A stretch of DNA of 64,000 bases from the NCBI GenBank assembly GCA_963713825.1, contig CAVQNG010000025.1:32001-96000 (forward strand), in the 5' to 3' direction. A program made the position numbers and the translations under genes. Below, in pieces: positions 48,201-58,365 of the stretch. Positions within the stretch are counted from its first letter, which is position 1, and every line of letters starts with the position of its first letter. The notes under the pieces are model-generated. The model made no database searches, was not told where the DNA came from, and saw only the letters and a list, made by a program, of their open reading frames with translations. The stretch is from an uncultured Acidobacteriota bacterium (lineage in GTDB: Bacteria; Acidobacteriota; Thermoanaerobaculia; Multivoradales; JAHEKO01).

Positions 48201-51200
48201 GTGCCTTCTCCAGGTCGTGGTTCGGATTGCGCAGCTTGGCGAGATAGCTGGTGCGGGGTACCGTTCCCAGCTCGGCGAGAATGCCGTAGTTCAGTGGGCT
48301 GGCCTTCAGCTTGGTGACTTGGGCCTCGGGATCGTTGATGTTCCCGAAGACGATGGCTTCAGCGGGGCAAACCTGCTGGCAGGCGGTCTTGACTTCGCCG
48401 TCGCGGATCTCGCGGTCTTGCTTTTTGGCCTCGATACGACCCTGGTTGATGCGCTGCACGCAGTAGGTGCACTTTTCCATGACGCCGCGGGTCCGCACCG
48501 TGACATCCGGGTTCCGCGACATCTTGAGAACCGGCGTTTCGGTGTCGTTGTATTTGAAGAAATTGAAGCGCCTCACCTTGTAGGGACAGTTGTTGGAGCA
48601 GTACCGCGTGCCGACGCAGCGGTTGTAGACCATGTCGTTGAGGCCTTCGTCGCTGTGCACAGTGGCTTGAACAGGGCAGACGACCTCGCATGGGGCCTTC
48701 TCGCAGTGCATGCACATCACCGGCTGATGGTGGATGTGAGGCTCGTCCAGATCGCCCTCGAAGTACCGATCGATGCGCATCCAGTGCATCTCGCGGCCCA
48801 TGGCCACCATCTCCTTGCCAACGATCGGAATGTTGTTCTCCGCCTGACAGGCGAGCACGCAGGCATTGCAGCCGGTGCAGGCGTTCAAGTCGACGGACAT
48901 GCCCCAAGCGTTGCCGTTGTACTCGAACGGTGGAAACAGGCTCAGGTCCGGAGATGGACTGTGGCCCATATGCTGTGCGAAATCGGGTTCGTGCTCGAAC
49001 AGCTCGAGGGTTCCGACCCGCACCAGGTGGCGCTTCTCTGACTCCCGAGATTCGAGCTCGATATTGCTGTGGAGCTGGGTGCTAGCCAACGGATGGGACC
49101 GATCCGTCTTCTGAATGCGGACCTCGGTTGCCAGCCAGGGAGAGTGACTGTCACGCAGCTGGTACGCGTTGAAACCGGTTCCGGTGCCGACCCTTCCGAC
49201 GCGAGATCGGCCATAGCCCAGATGAAGCGTCAAGCAGCCATCCGGATGCCCTGGCAGAACCCACACCGGAACTTCGAGAGATTGCTCTCCCACGACCAGT
49301 TCGATCAACTGCTCGTTCGCCAGGCCTTCTCGTTGGGCGAGAGCCGGGCCGACCAGAGCGGCGTTGTCCCACGTCAGCTTGGTGATTGGTTTCGGGCACT
49401 CTTGAAGCCAACCGTTGTTGTTGAATGTGCCGTCGTAGGTCGTCGGGTCGGGTCTGAAGATGAGCTCGAGATCCGAGGCCGAAGTACTACTCTGTCCGAG
49501 GTTTTGGCATGCTTTCGCAACAGCATTCTGTGGGACCGTCGCTGAGACCGCTCTGGCTTCCTGGTTTGCTACGAAGCCGTCGTGCAGCCATTTCCTCCAG
49601 GTAGCAGCAAAAGACTCAGTGCCGACCTTCTCTCGCCAGTGGTCCGTCAGAAGATCCAGCCCAGGGCTCTCTCCATCGGCGGTCATCAGGCTCAAGACTT
49701 CGCTGGCGCTCTTGCCGCCGTAGAGGGGTTCGATGAGGGGCTGCGTCAAGCAGATGCTGCCATCGAAGGATCGGCAGTCTCCCCAACTCTCGAGGTAGTG
49801 AGCCTCCGGAATGTGCCAGTGGCAGTATTCGGCTGTTTCGTCCTCGTAGAGGCCCAGATGGACCCGATACCCGACTTCGGTCATGGCCGCCTTGAAGTCG
49901 ATGTCGGCGGGCGTCTCGTAGATTGGGTTGCAGCCGAGAATGAGAAGGAGGTCGACGTCGCCTGCCGCCATGTCCTGCGCCAGTTGGCGCATGGACTGGG
50001 ACTCGTCTTCCGGTCGCTCTTCGATCGGCTCGGCGAGGACTACAGTGCTGCCGAGATTGCCCAGCCATTCGTTCATGGCGTGAGCCAGGGTATGTACCTC
50101 GCTGGAGGCGTAGTCTCCCGGTACGATGGCGCACCGTCCCCGATTGGCCTTCAAATCCTCGGCGACTGCGGCAATCCAGGCCCTTCGATCGGCATCGGTG
50201 GAATCACTGTTGTCCGTGGCGCCTGGGACTCCCAATTTGGCAGCCAGGGTAGCGGCGATGGGTCCGATCTCACTGGCCCGCGTCGGCAGTCGATGGTCAG
50301 CGAGTGTACCGGTGTTCGTCGGGGAGCTCTCGACCATATAAAGGCGGTTCATCGTGCCGTCCTGTACACGACGGCGCCCGGCGAAATCGCGGCAATACCG
50401 GAGGGAGCCCGGACCGCTTGTGAGGAAGTCCGAATCCAGGCTGAGAATCACATCGGCTCGCGAGAAGTCGTAGCGCACCGACAAGGGCTGACCGAAGGCC
50501 GCCTCGGTCCCGAAGCGTTCGGCATCCCGGCTCACAGGAGTGTATTGATGCCATTGGGTCCCCGGGTAGGCCTCTTTGACCCTGGCAATGACCGACGTCA
50601 GTGATGGAGAAGTAAGGGTTCGAGTGAGAATTCGGATGCGTGCTTCGCCTAGAGCTCCAAGCGCCTGGAGCGTGTTCCGAAACTCCTCGGCAAAAATCGG
50701 CCAGGTGCTGATGCGGGTGTTGTGCCTCAAGACCTGTGAGCGCTCGGGATCGTAGAGACCCAGAATCGAGGCCTGCGCGTAGAGATCGCTCGCGCCGCGG
50801 CTGGCCGGATGCTCGGGGTTGCCTTCGACCTTGGTCGGCCGCCCCATGTGGCTCTCGACCAGCAAAGGCCGGGCAAATCCATCCAGCGGCATAGCGGATG
50901 CGAAGTACAGCGGCTTGCCGGGGATCAGGCTCTCGGGCTGCTCGACGTAGGGGACGATTCTCTCCAAGGGCTGCCGGGTACAGGCGGTCAGTCCACCCAG
51001 CGCGAGGGAGGCACCCATCAGGTGCAGAAAGCCCCGACGGCTGACCCCCTGGGGCAGCTCGGCAGCCTGCCGCGGGAACTCTCTGTGCAGCAGCTCTTCG
51101 AACTCTGGCGTTTGAGCCAACTCGTCCAGGCTGCGCCAGAACTCCGGTCCGCTAGCGCTCTCCAGCCGACTCCGCACGTCTTCCAGTTCGAGTGTCTGGC

Positions 51201-51276
51201 GGGGCGGATCGGTGCCAGGAGCTGCGGTTGAAGGCTGAGGCACGTCAGCTTCTCTACGCTGTGCTTTCTCTTGCAT
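48184..51276 (-). CDS. actB: Alternative complex III subunit ActB (molybdopterin-oxidoreductase-like plus Fe-S domains)
   Basis: FWRSL, Tat-like [20 protein letters not shown]-terminal Fe-S cysteine motifs (CTGCNAC, CMHC..PCE..CP, CVGTRYC, CTYC..CP). Confidence 0.93.
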   Translation of the reverse strand: MQEKAQRREADVPQPSTAAPGTDPPRQTLELEDVRSRLESASGPEFWRSLDELAQTPEFEELLHREFPRQAAELPQGVSRRGFLHLMGASLALGGLTACTRQPLERIVPYVEQPESLIPGKPLYFASAMPLDGFARPLLVESHMGRPTKVEGNPEHPASRGASDLYAQASILGLYDPERSQVLRHNTRISTWPIFAEEFRNTLQALGALGEARIRILTRTLTSPSLTSVIARVKEAYPGTQWHQYTPVSRDAERFGTEAAFGQPLSVRYDFSRADVILSLDSDFLTSGPGSLRYCRDFAGRRRVQDGTMNRLYMVESSPTNTGTLADHRLPTRASEIGPIAATLAAKLGVPGATDNSDSTDADRRAWIAAVAEDLKANRGRCAIVPGDYASSEVHTLAHAMNEWLGNLGSTVVLAEPIEERPEDESQSMRQLAQDMAAGDVDLLLILGCNPIYETPADIDFKAAMTEVGYRVHLGLYEDETAEYCHWHIPEAHYLESWGDCRSFDGSICLTQPLIEPLYGGKSASEVLSLMTADGESPGLDLLTDHWREKVGTESFAATWRKWLHDGFVANQEARAVSATVPQNAVAKACQNLGQSSTSASDLELIFRPDPTTYDGTFNNNGWLQECPKPITKLTWDNAALVGPALAQREGLANEQLIELVVGEQSLEVPVWVLPGHPDGCLTLHLGYGRSRVGRVGTGTGFNAYQLRDSHSPWLATEVRIQKTDRSHPLASTQLHSNIELESRESEKRHLVRVGTLELFEHEPDFAQHMGHSPSPDLSLFPPFEYNGNAWGMSVDLNACTGCNACVLACQAENNIPIVGKEMVAMGREMHWMRIDRYFEGDLDEPHIHHQPVMCMHCEKAPCEVVCPVQATVHSDEGLNDMVYNRCVGTRYCSNNCPYKVRRFNFFKYNDTETPVLKMSRNPDVTVRTRGVMEKCTYCVQRINQGRIEAKKQDREIRDGEVKTACQQVCPAEAIVFGNINDPEAQVTKLKASPLNYGILAELGTVPRTSYLAKLRNPNHDLEKARDEGV

Positions 51277-51302
51277 TCTCTATGGTGCCTTCGACTGTAA
51301 GG

Positions 51303-51950
51303 CTATCGGTGACAGACAGAGCAGCTCAAGAGGCTCTGAATGTTGTATTCCTCGACGAGCTGGGCCCCGAGGACCGATTGATTGTCGGCTACCCATTCCA
51401 TGTTGAGGATCTCACTTCTCGGTCGGACAAAATCCTGTGGCGCCCGATGGCAGTCCAGGCACCATTCCATCTGCAGCGAGACGGCTTGCCTCAACAGCGG
51501 CATCTTGTCGACCCGGCCATGGCATGTCACACAGCCCATTCCTTTGGTGACATGGATGCTGTGATTGAAATAGACGAAGTCCGGAAGATCGTTGACCCGG
51601 GCCCATTGGATCGGCTCACCACTGCGAAAACTCTCACGCACCGGCTCGAGCATGGGACTGTCATTCCAGATCAGCTTGTGACAGTTCATGCAGGTGGCCG
51701 TTGGCGGCACGCCCGCAAAGGCCGATTCCTCGACGGAGGTGTGGCAGTACAGGCAACTGATTCCCATCGCTTCGGTGTGATGATCGTGGCTGAAAGGCAC
51801 CGGTTGCGCTCGGGTGATGGTCTGTCTCGTGGCATAGGCTGATCGATTGAGGCTCACCAGGATCCAAACCGACAGAAGCAGAAAGAAGATCGCGCCAAAG
51901 AGAGTCACTTTGGCCAGCGTGTTTGTGCTGGGCTTGAAAATCTGCGACAT
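51303..51950 (-). CDS. actA: Alternative complex III pentaheme cytochrome ActA
   Basis: Five CxxCH motifs (CLYCH, CMNCH, CVTCH, CLDCH, CSVCH) and an N-terminal TM segment. Confidence 0.92.
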   Translation of the reverse strand: MSQIFKPSTNTLAKVTLFGAIFFLLLSVWILVSLNRSAYATRQTITRAQPVPFSHDHHTEAMGISCLYCHTSVEESAFAGVPPTATCMNCHKLIWNDSPMLEPVRESFRSGEPIQWARVNDLPDFVYFNHSIHVTKGMGCVTCHGRVDKMPLLRQAVSLQMEWCLDCHRAPQDFVRPRSEILNMEWVADNQSVLGAQLVEEYNIQSLLSCSVCHR

Positions 51951-52046
51951 GCGGGTTCCTCACCAGCTTTCGAGGTTTCCTGCGCTGACCTCACCGAGTG
52001 CGATCATCAGTGAACCGCCCGAAAACGGCCCCCAAGAGATCCTGAA

Positions 52047-52074
52047 AGGATACCCAAGTAGACACCCGTGTCAA
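52047..52074 (-). promoter_or_regulatory. sigma70 promoter of the act-cta operon
   Basis: Minus strand TTGACA-N16-TATCCT. Confidence 0.6.
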
Positions 52075-52150
52075 GATCGGGTGGCAGCCAGTCTGAGGAG
52101 CTGCAGGTCTGGGATATGGGGAGTGCGGTCGCTAGGACCGACGCCGGTTT

Positions 52151-52687
52151 CTAGTCCGCTCGGGTCCCGGCGGGGTATTGGACAAAGTAGCCATCCGCCC
52201 AGACGATGTCCTCTTCGTAGGAAGTCGTCACGAAAGGCCCCATGGTGTAGGGGTTGGTCTCGGGGCCCTCCTGGCCGTCGCGGCCCAGGCTGCGGATGCC
52301 GATAACCTGGGCAGAGAGGGTGTCACCCGACCAGGCGTACTCGAGATCGAACCCCCAACCATCGGAGTTTGGCACTTCTCGCGTATAGAACATCGTGCTG
52401 CTGACGTAGAGAGTCGACATGAGCTCGTCGGCAGTGACGATCTGCGATAGCTCAGTGAAGTCGTAGGTCTGTGTCGAGCCGGCGGCCGCGGCCGAAACCT
52501 GGTCCGTGAGCCACGAGAACCATGCCGCCCCGGCATCTCGCATGTCGGCTACGGTCCGCTTCTGCTTCGACTTTTGCAGGGCATCCAAGAGGTTGGGAAT
52601 GAGGATCGCCGCGATGATCCCAATGATGGCGACGACGATTAGAAGCTCGATCAGTGTGAAGCCTCGTGAAGAGTGTCGGTAGCGCAT
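52151..52687 (-). CDS. Type IV pilin or GspG-like pseudopilin
   Basis: G|FTLIELLIVV prepilin cleavage site; DGWG..Y and IRSLGRDG resemble GspG motifs. Confidence 0.85.
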   Translation of the reverse strand: MRYRHSSRGFTLIELLIVVAIIGIIAAILIPNLLDALQKSKQKRTVADMRDAGAAWFSWLTDQVSAAAAGSTQTYDFTELSQIVTADELMSTLYVSSTMFYTREVPNSDGWGFDLEYAWSGDTLSAQVIGIRSLGRDGQEGPETNPYTMGPFVTTSYEEDIVWADGYFVQYPAGTRAD

Positions 52688-52763
52688 AGCTGGTAGCCTC
52701 TAGCGTCAAGCTTCGGTTCGTGGACCCCAGGGGATTGCCGGGTTCTTCTCTTACCGGACTGGT

Positions 52764-52780
52764 TGCAGTCAGCGTGCCAA
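52764..52780 (-). promoter_or_regulatory. Putative sigma54 promoter of the pilin gene
   Basis: Minus strand TTGGCACGCTGACTGCA with GG-N10-GC spacing. Confidence 0.65.
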
Positions 52781-52925
52781 CTTCAGGCCCGGTCGAGCCA
52801 TGAGTTCCTTGCGATTTGTGCTCTCCGGGTTGACAATATTTGTCACTGAGATGCCGCTGGACGGCAAAGTGGTCACAGGAACCGAGCCTTCGTCAATCGA
52901 GAAGATCGCGGTAAGCTGCCAGAAC

Positions 52926-53795
52926 ATGGAAGAGAAAGAGCCTCTACGAGCGGCCCAGCAAGAACCTGGCGACGGCCCTCTCAGGACGTTTATCGGACTG
53001 TTTCTGGTGCCGCTATTGGTGGTGCTGATCTGCGTCGCCGTCTTCGTTGGTTTCGGTTGGATCGCCTACGATCACAACTCCGCTGAAGACTATTTGAACG
53101 ACCTGAAGTCCGGATGGCGACCACGAAGGGCCCAGGCGGCCTACGAGCTGTCCAAGGTGCTGGTTGCTGACCCCGGCGCGTTGGACGACGTGCCCGGAGC
53201 CAGGGAGGAGATTCGTCGGCTCTTCAGGGAGAGTGACGATCCGGAAATGCGTCGATACCTGGCTCTGATCATGGGCTATACCCAGGATCCAGCGGCCCTG
53301 CCGTTGCTCGAGGAAACTCTGGCGGATCCGGATTCAGAGACCCGAATCTACGCACTCTGGGCTTTGGGTACCCTGGGCGACCCCGGTGCCTTGCCTTTGC
53401 TGGCCAGGTCCCTTCAAGATCCAGATGCGGGCATCCGCAAGACCGCCGCATTCAGTCTGGGAGAGTTGGGTCTGCCTGCCGGTGTCGACTCGTTGGTACC
53501 GGTGCTGCAGGACGAGGTTGCCGATGTCCGATGGAATGCGGCCCTCTCTCTGAGTCGCCTGGGAAGCAGTGCCGGCGTTGCTGTGCTCGAGCAGATGCTG
53601 GACCGCAGCCTGATGGCTCAGGTTCCCGAAATCACTCCGGCTCAGGCAGAAGATGCCATGGTCAGTGCCGTTCAGGCCCTCGGCACGGTTGTCGGCCTAG
53701 AAGCCAGACCCCTGTTCGAGGATTTGGCGGGCAACGATCCGAGTCTCAAAGTGCGACGCGCGGCACACGCTGTGTTGGAATCACTCGAGGGCTAG
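52926..53795 (+). CDS. Membrane-anchored HEAT-repeat protein
   Basis: One TM segment followed by repeated L.DPD..R..A..LG.LG units. Confidence 0.8.
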   Translation: MEEKEPLRAAQQEPGDGPLRTFIGLFLVPLLVVLICVAVFVGFGWIAYDHNSAEDYLNDLKSGWRPRRAQAAYELSKVLVADPGALDDVPGAREEIRRLFRESDDPEMRRYLALIMGYTQDPAALPLLEETLADPDSETRIYALWALGTLGDPGALPLLARSLQDPDAGIRKTAAFSLGELGLPAGVDSLVPVLQDEVADVRWNAALSLSRLGSSAGVAVLEQMLDRSLMAQVPEITPAQAEDAMVSAVQALGTVVGLEARPLFEDLAGNDPSLKVRRAAHAVLESLEG

Positions 53796-53847
53796 GCCCG
53801 GATCCGCGAAAGAGCGTTTAGGGACCTCTTTATCGAGGTGGAGGACT

Positions 53848-54537
53848 GTGACACCGCAAGTGCAGGAGCTGTTGCTCGAAGTCGCCCTCTACCGTCGGCT
53901 GTCCGACGAGGATCGCGAGCATCTGGCGACCGCCGCGATGGTCGAGCTGTTCGCCAAGGGGGAAGTCGTCTTCCGCGAGGGAGACCCCGCCCAGGATTTC
54001 TTCACCCTGGCTCGTGGACGAGTCAAGGTTTTCAAGGTCATGCCCAACGGCCGGGTCGTGATCCTCGAGATCCTGGGGCCGAGCGATCCAGTTGGTGCAG
54101 TGGCAGTGTACGAGGAGCTCGCCTACCCAGCGACCGCGGAGGCGATGGAGGAGACCCTCTGCATCAGAATCCCGAAAGAGCCGTTTTTTCAACTGCTCGA
54201 GAGTCGACCCTCTCTCGCCCGAGGGCTTCTGAAGGCCATGACCCACCGCATCGTGGTTCTCGCCAACCGGTTCGTCGATCACACCGTTGGCAAGGTAGAG
54301 ACCCGCTTCGCAAGGTTGTTCCTCAAGCTCGCGGGCGAGATGGGGCGGTCGCGTGACGAGGGAGTCTTCATTCCGATGACCTTGTCGAGGCAGGAGCTGG
54401 CCGACCTGATGGGCACCACGGTCGAGACCGCGATTCGCATCATGAGTCGGTGGGGCAAGGAGGGCGTTGTCGAAACGGACAGGAGTGGCTTCCTGGTGGC
54501 CGATCGGGAGGCGCTGGAGCGGGTGGCCACCGATTGA
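53848..54537 (+). CDS. Crp/Fnr-family transcriptional regulator
   Basis: cNMP-like domain (FREGD..G.VK) and HTH SRQELADLMGTTVETAIR; no FNR cysteine cluster. Confidence 0.9.
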   Translation: MTPQVQELLLEVALYRRLSDEDREHLATAAMVELFAKGEVVFREGDPAQDFFTLARGRVKVFKVMPNGRVVILEILGPSDPVGAVAVYEELAYPATAEAMEETLCIRIPKEPFFQLLESRPSLARGLLKAMTHRIVVLANRFVDHTVGKVETRFARLFLKLAGEMGRSRDEGVFIPMTLSRQELADLMGTTVETAIRIMSRWGKEGVVETDRSGFLVADREALERVATD

Positions 54538-54626
54538 AGAATCGAAGGTTGCCCGGTATGCGGTGTCAGATAGAGAATCGATGACCATTTCCAGAGACCC
54601 TCTGGATATTTTCGGAGAGCGAGCCT

Positions 54627-55004
54627 ATGAAATGGCAGACCCTGAGAAAGTTCCTTTCTTCCGCGTTGCTGATTGCTGGTCCAGCCTTCCTTCTCGCAGA
54701 CTGTGGTGGATCTAGCGGGACGAGCAGCGCTGATGCTTCCCAAGGCCGGGAGAGCTACATGGCCACCTGCGCGCTTTGCCATGGAGCCGAGGGTGAAGGC
54801 AAATCCAGGCTCGGCAAGGCGCTGCAAGACAACTCCTTTGTAGGGAGCCTCAGCGACGAGGAGTTGGTGGAGTTTCTCAAAGAGGGTCGCCCCTCCTGGG
54901 ACCCGGCGAACGAACGGGGTATCGACATGCCGCCGAAAGGTGGCAACCCCGCCCTGACGGATGAGGATCTGATGGAAATCGTGGCCTACCTGAGGACTCT
55001 CTGA
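54627..55004 (+). CDS. Class I monoheme cytochrome c, probable lipoprotein
   Basis: LLADC signal, CALCH, MPPKGG methionine ligand. Confidence 0.85.
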   Translation: MKWQTLRKFLSSALLIAGPAFLLADCGGSSGTSSADASQGRESYMATCALCHGAEGEGKSRLGKALQDNSFVGSLSDEELVEFLKEGRPSWDPANERGIDMPPKGGNPALTDEDLMEIVAYLRTL

Positions 55005-55044
55005 GATCTGGTGGGATTCCGTCTCTGCCGAACCCTGAGGTCGA

Positions 55045-55809
55045 ATGGACAGCAACCGGGACAAGTACTCGCGGCTGGAGTATCGTCGCCTCATCGCCTG
55101 GCCGAGTCGGATACGGCGCGAGGCGGATCTGCTCGAGCGCGTCCTGGGCTCGGGTCCTTCCAACCGGGTGCTGGATCTGGGCTGCGGCACCGGGGAGCAC
55201 ACTCGATACCTGGCGCAACAGGGTTACCGGGTTGTCGGTGTCGATGCCTCCGAGTCCCAGATCGCGACGGCGCGCGAGGCGCCTGCGTCCGCCGAGGTCG
55301 ATTGGGTGCACGGAGACCTTCGTGATCTGCAAGGGCTCGTGTTGGGCTCGTTTGGTGGAGCCATCTGCCTCGGCAATACCCTGCCTCACCTGCTGACGCG
55401 CGAGGATCTCGATCAATTCCTGTCGGGCCTTCGCGCCCACCTGGCCGAAGATGCTCCGTTGCTCCTCCAGTTGCTCAACTACGAGAGGATCTTCTGTCGG
55501 CAGGAGAGGACCCTGCCGGTGAGTCTTCGGCCCGACGACTCCGGAGACATCGTTTTCCTACGGCTGATGAACCTCCACTCGGATGGCATGGTCACATTCT
55601 TCCCCTCGACACTGCAGCTGAGACCCGGCCAGGACCCCCCCCTCGAAGTGCGTGCTGCCAAAGAGGTGCGGCTTCGAGGATGGCGTCTGGCAGAGCTCGA
55701 AGTGGCTTTCGAAGCCTGTGGATTCGAGGTGTCAGAGCGCCTTGGTGGCTTCGATGGGAGTGCCTACCTGGCGGTCGATTCGAGGGATCTGATCGTCATT
55801 GCGAGCTGA
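55045..55809 (+). CDS. Class I SAM-dependent methyltransferase
   Basis: VLDLGCGTG, GVDAS, CLGNTLPH. Confidence 0.85.
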   Translation: MDSNRDKYSRLEYRRLIAWPSRIRREADLLERVLGSGPSNRVLDLGCGTGEHTRYLAQQGYRVVGVDASESQIATAREAPASAEVDWVHGDLRDLQGLVLGSFGGAICLGNTLPHLLTREDLDQFLSGLRAHLAEDAPLLLQLLNYERIFCRQERTLPVSLRPDDSGDIVFLRLMNLHSDGMVTFFPSTLQLRPGQDPPLEVRAAKEVRLRGWRLAELEVAFEACGFEVSERLGGFDGSAYLAVDSRDLIVIAS

Positions 55810-55829
55810 GCCTGGCGTCGCGGTAGGCC

Positions 55830-55863
55830 TTGACACCTCGGCGAGGTTGCACTAAAAAGTGCA
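55830..55863 (+). promoter_or_regulatory. Putative promoter and palindromic operator of the Rieske/cytochrome b operon
   Basis: TTGACA at 55830; TGCACT-AAAA-AGTGCA palindrome over the -10 position. Confidence 0.45.
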
Positions 55864-55932
55864 CACCAGTTACCGAGCCGAGGACGAGTAGTCGGCGCGA
55901 CTTGCAGGTCGCGAGGCGTCTCCTTCTAGAGG

Positions 55933-56460
55933 ATGGCTGAAGAAACAACCAAGGGAAAGACTGCCGACAAGGTCACTCGCCGAGGCTTTTTTTCCTGGGC
56001 GGCGGTGGCATGGGTTGGCTTTACGGCTGCGATCGGAGGCTGCGCCACCATTCTGAATCGCTTTCTCTTCCCCAATGTGTTGTACGAGCCTCCAACGACC
56101 TTCAGGGTTGGCCAGACAGAGGATTTCAGCCCCGGGGTGGTCGACGAACGCTTCAAGGAGTCGAATGGCGTCTGGATCGTCAACAGCAATGGCAAGCTAT
56201 ACGCGCTGATCGCCATCTGCACCCACCTGGGCTGCCCTCCCAACTGGCTGGAGGCGCAGAACAAGTTCAAGTGCCCGTGTCACGGTAGTGGTTACTACAA
56301 GGATGGGATCAACTTCGAAGGTCCGACGCCCCGACCCCTCGAGCGGGCTAAGATCTTCATCGACCCCGATGATGGACAGGTAGTGGTGGACAAGTCCCAG
56401 AAGTACCAGTGGGAGCTGGGGCAATGGGAGGATCCCGAGTCGTTTGTCGAGATCGCTTGA
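55933..56460 (+). CDS. qcrA: Rieske iron-sulfur subunit
   Basis: Tat motif TRRGFF, CTHLGC, CPCHGS, GPTPRPL. Confidence 0.93.
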   Translation: MAEETTKGKTADKVTRRGFFSWAAVAWVGFTAAIGGCATILNRFLFPNVLYEPPTTFRVGQTEDFSPGVVDERFKESNGVWIVNSNGKLYALIAICTHLGCPPNWLEAQNKFKCPCHGSGYYKDGINFEGPTPRPLERAKIFIDPDDGQVVVDKSQKYQWELGQWEDPESFVEIA

Positions 56461-56488
56461 GGCCTCGCGGCTGACTCGAGAGAAGATC

Positions 56489-57268
56489 ATGTTCAAGAAG
56501 ATCCAGAAGAGCGTCACCCAGTCGCAGGTGTGGAAGTCCATCTTCCGGGTCGGCATTCCCACCGACAATCGGAAGCGGGCGCTCGCAATGCTCGGCAATG
56601 TGGTACTGCACCTCCACCCGATCAAGGTGAAGAAGTCGGGTCTGCGAATGAGCTACACATGGTGCATGGGCGGCACGGCCTTCTTCTTGTTCCTGGTCGA
56701 GACGATCACCGGCCTACTTCTCATGTTCTATTACCGGCCGACAGTCGAGTATGCCTACTTCGACATGGTGGACCTGAGGGAGGCAGCGGCTTTCGGCATC
56801 ATGCGCGAGCTCCATCGTTGGGGTGCCCACGCCATGGTAATCGCGGTCTGGCTCCACATGTTCAGGGTGTTCATGACCGGATCCTACAAACCGCCTCGCG
56901 AGTTCAATTGGAATGTCGGTGTCATTCTCCTCGTGCTCACCCTGCTGCTGTCGTTCACAGGCTATCTCCTGCCTTGGGATCAGCTCGCTATCTGGGCCAT
57001 TACGGTGGGCTCCAACATGGCCCGGGCTACCCCGTTCGTCGGTACGGAGGGCCCGGGCGCAGCGCTATTGCAGCTTGGAGGCACGAAGCTGATTCACGTT
57101 GGCAGCGATGCGCGCTTCGCATTGATCGCCGGGCGCACCATTGGCGGGGGTACCCTCATCCGGTTCTACGTGCTGCACTGCGTCGGCATTCCTTTCGTGG
57201 CCGCCTTCCTGATCGCTGTCCATTTCTGGCGAGTGCGGAAGGACGGCGGCATCTCCGGGCCTGTCTGA
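56489..57268 (+). CDS. qcrB: Cytochrome b N-terminal (b6-like) subunit
   Basis: [40 protein letters not shown]. Confidence 0.92.
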   Translation: MFKKIQKSVTQSQVWKSIFRVGIPTDNRKRALAMLGNVVLHLHPIKVKKSGLRMSYTWCMGGTAFFLFLVETITGLLLMFYYRPTVEYAYFDMVDLREAAAFGIMRELHRWGAHAMVIAVWLHMFRVFMTGSYKPPREFNWNVGVILLVLTLLLSFTGYLLPWDQLAIWAITVGSNMARATPFVGTEGPGAALLQLGGTKLIHVGSDARFALIAGRTIGGGTLIRFYVLHCVGIPFVAAFLIAVHFWRVRKDGGISGPV

Positions 57269-57281
57269 GCCGACGAGCGCT

Positions 57282-58361
57282 ATGGAAGCGATCAAAGATC
57301 TCATCAACTACCTGTCCTACCCGAAGTGGTCGTTCACGCTTTCGTTGGTGGTCTTCTTCGTCCTCCTGCGGTCCAAAAGGCTGTGGACCCGATCGGGTGG
57401 CCTGATGATGCTTCTGGCGAGCATCGTCACCTTCTGCCTCAGTCTGCTCGATCCGAACTTCAGAAGCGTCGTTGCGAAGCCGGACAACGTTCCCATCGTC
57501 ATGATGGTCTTTCTGGTCGGGTTCTTCCTTTGGCTCGCCATGTACAAGGCTGTCCGCAACGACGAGTTGATGGCGCGTGGTGAGCCGACTTTCGAGAAGA
57601 GCGAAGTCGAAGACAAGATCTTCACGTGGCCCGATCTGGTCTTCATCGAGTTCATCTGCATGATTCTGCTGACGGTCGGCCTGGTGATCTGGTCGATCGT
57701 GCTGCAGGCGCCGCTCGAGGAGCCGGCCAACCCCTCGGTGGCGCCGAACCCCTCCAAGGCACCCTGGTATTTCCTCGGTTTGCAGGAGATGCTGGTGTAC
57801 TTCGACCCGTGGATGGCCGGCGTCGTCCTGCCGGGGCTGATCATCGTCGGTTTGATGGCGATTCCCTATATCGATACCAATCCGAAGGGCAATGGTTACT
57901 ACACCTTCAAAGAGCGCAAGACAGAGATCGTCTTGTTTCTCTTCGGTTTCCTCGTGCTTTGGTGCCAGATGATCGTTATCGGCACCTTCCTGCGAGGGCC
58001 GAACTGGAACTTCTTTGGACCCTTCGAGTTCTGGGATGTGGAAAAGATCGAGCCATTGGTCAACGTCGATTTGTCGGAGATCATCTGGATCAAGGTCCTG
58101 GGAGTCGGCCTACCCTCCCATTGGCTGCCCCGCGAGATCTTCGGAATCATCTTGTTGGCTCTCTATATCTTCGTATTGCCGGTCGTACTCGCCAAGACGA
58201 AGGGCTTCAAGCGCTACTACGAAAAGATGGGACCGTCCCGTTTCTATATCGGAGTGAGCCTCTTTCTCGTCATGATGCTCCTGCCCATCAAGATGTACTT
58301 CCGATGGGCACTCAATCTGAAGTACTTCGTTCACATTCAGGAGTTCTTCTTCAACGTCTAG
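57282..58361 (+). CDS. Cytochrome b C-terminal (subunit IV-like) protein with extra TM helices
   Basis: WPDLV, LEEPANP..PNPSKAPWYF, IPYIDTNP, FLRGPNW. Confidence 0.82.
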   Translation: MEAIKDLINYLSYPKWSFTLSLVVFFVLLRSKRLWTRSGGLMMLLASIVTFCLSLLDPNFRSVVAKPDNVPIVMMVFLVGFFLWLAMYKAVRNDELMARGEPTFEKSEVEDKIFTWPDLVFIEFICMILLTVGLVIWSIVLQAPLEEPANPSVAPNPSKAPWYFLGLQEMLVYFDPWMAGVVLPGLIIVGLMAIPYIDTNPKGNGYYTFKERKTEIVLFLFGFLVLWCQMIVIGTFLRGPNWNFFGPFEFWDVEKIEPLVNVDLSEIIWIKVLGVGLPSHWLPREIFGIILLALYIFVLPVVLAKTKGFKRYYEKMGPSRFYIGVSLFLVMMLLPIKMYFRWALNLKYFVHIQEFFFNV

Positions 58362-58365
58362 GGTT

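Noticed and set aside
48184-51276. ActB as a catalytic molybdoenzyme
   Set aside because: The operon context matches ACIII, where this domain is known to lack the Mo cofactor
52151-52687. Aromatic-rich pilin beside multiheme respiratory genes as a possible conductive e-pilin
   Set aside because: It has about 20 aromatics in 169 mature residues, but none between F1 and W47. The C-terminal motifs look GspG-like rather than like Geobacter PilA.
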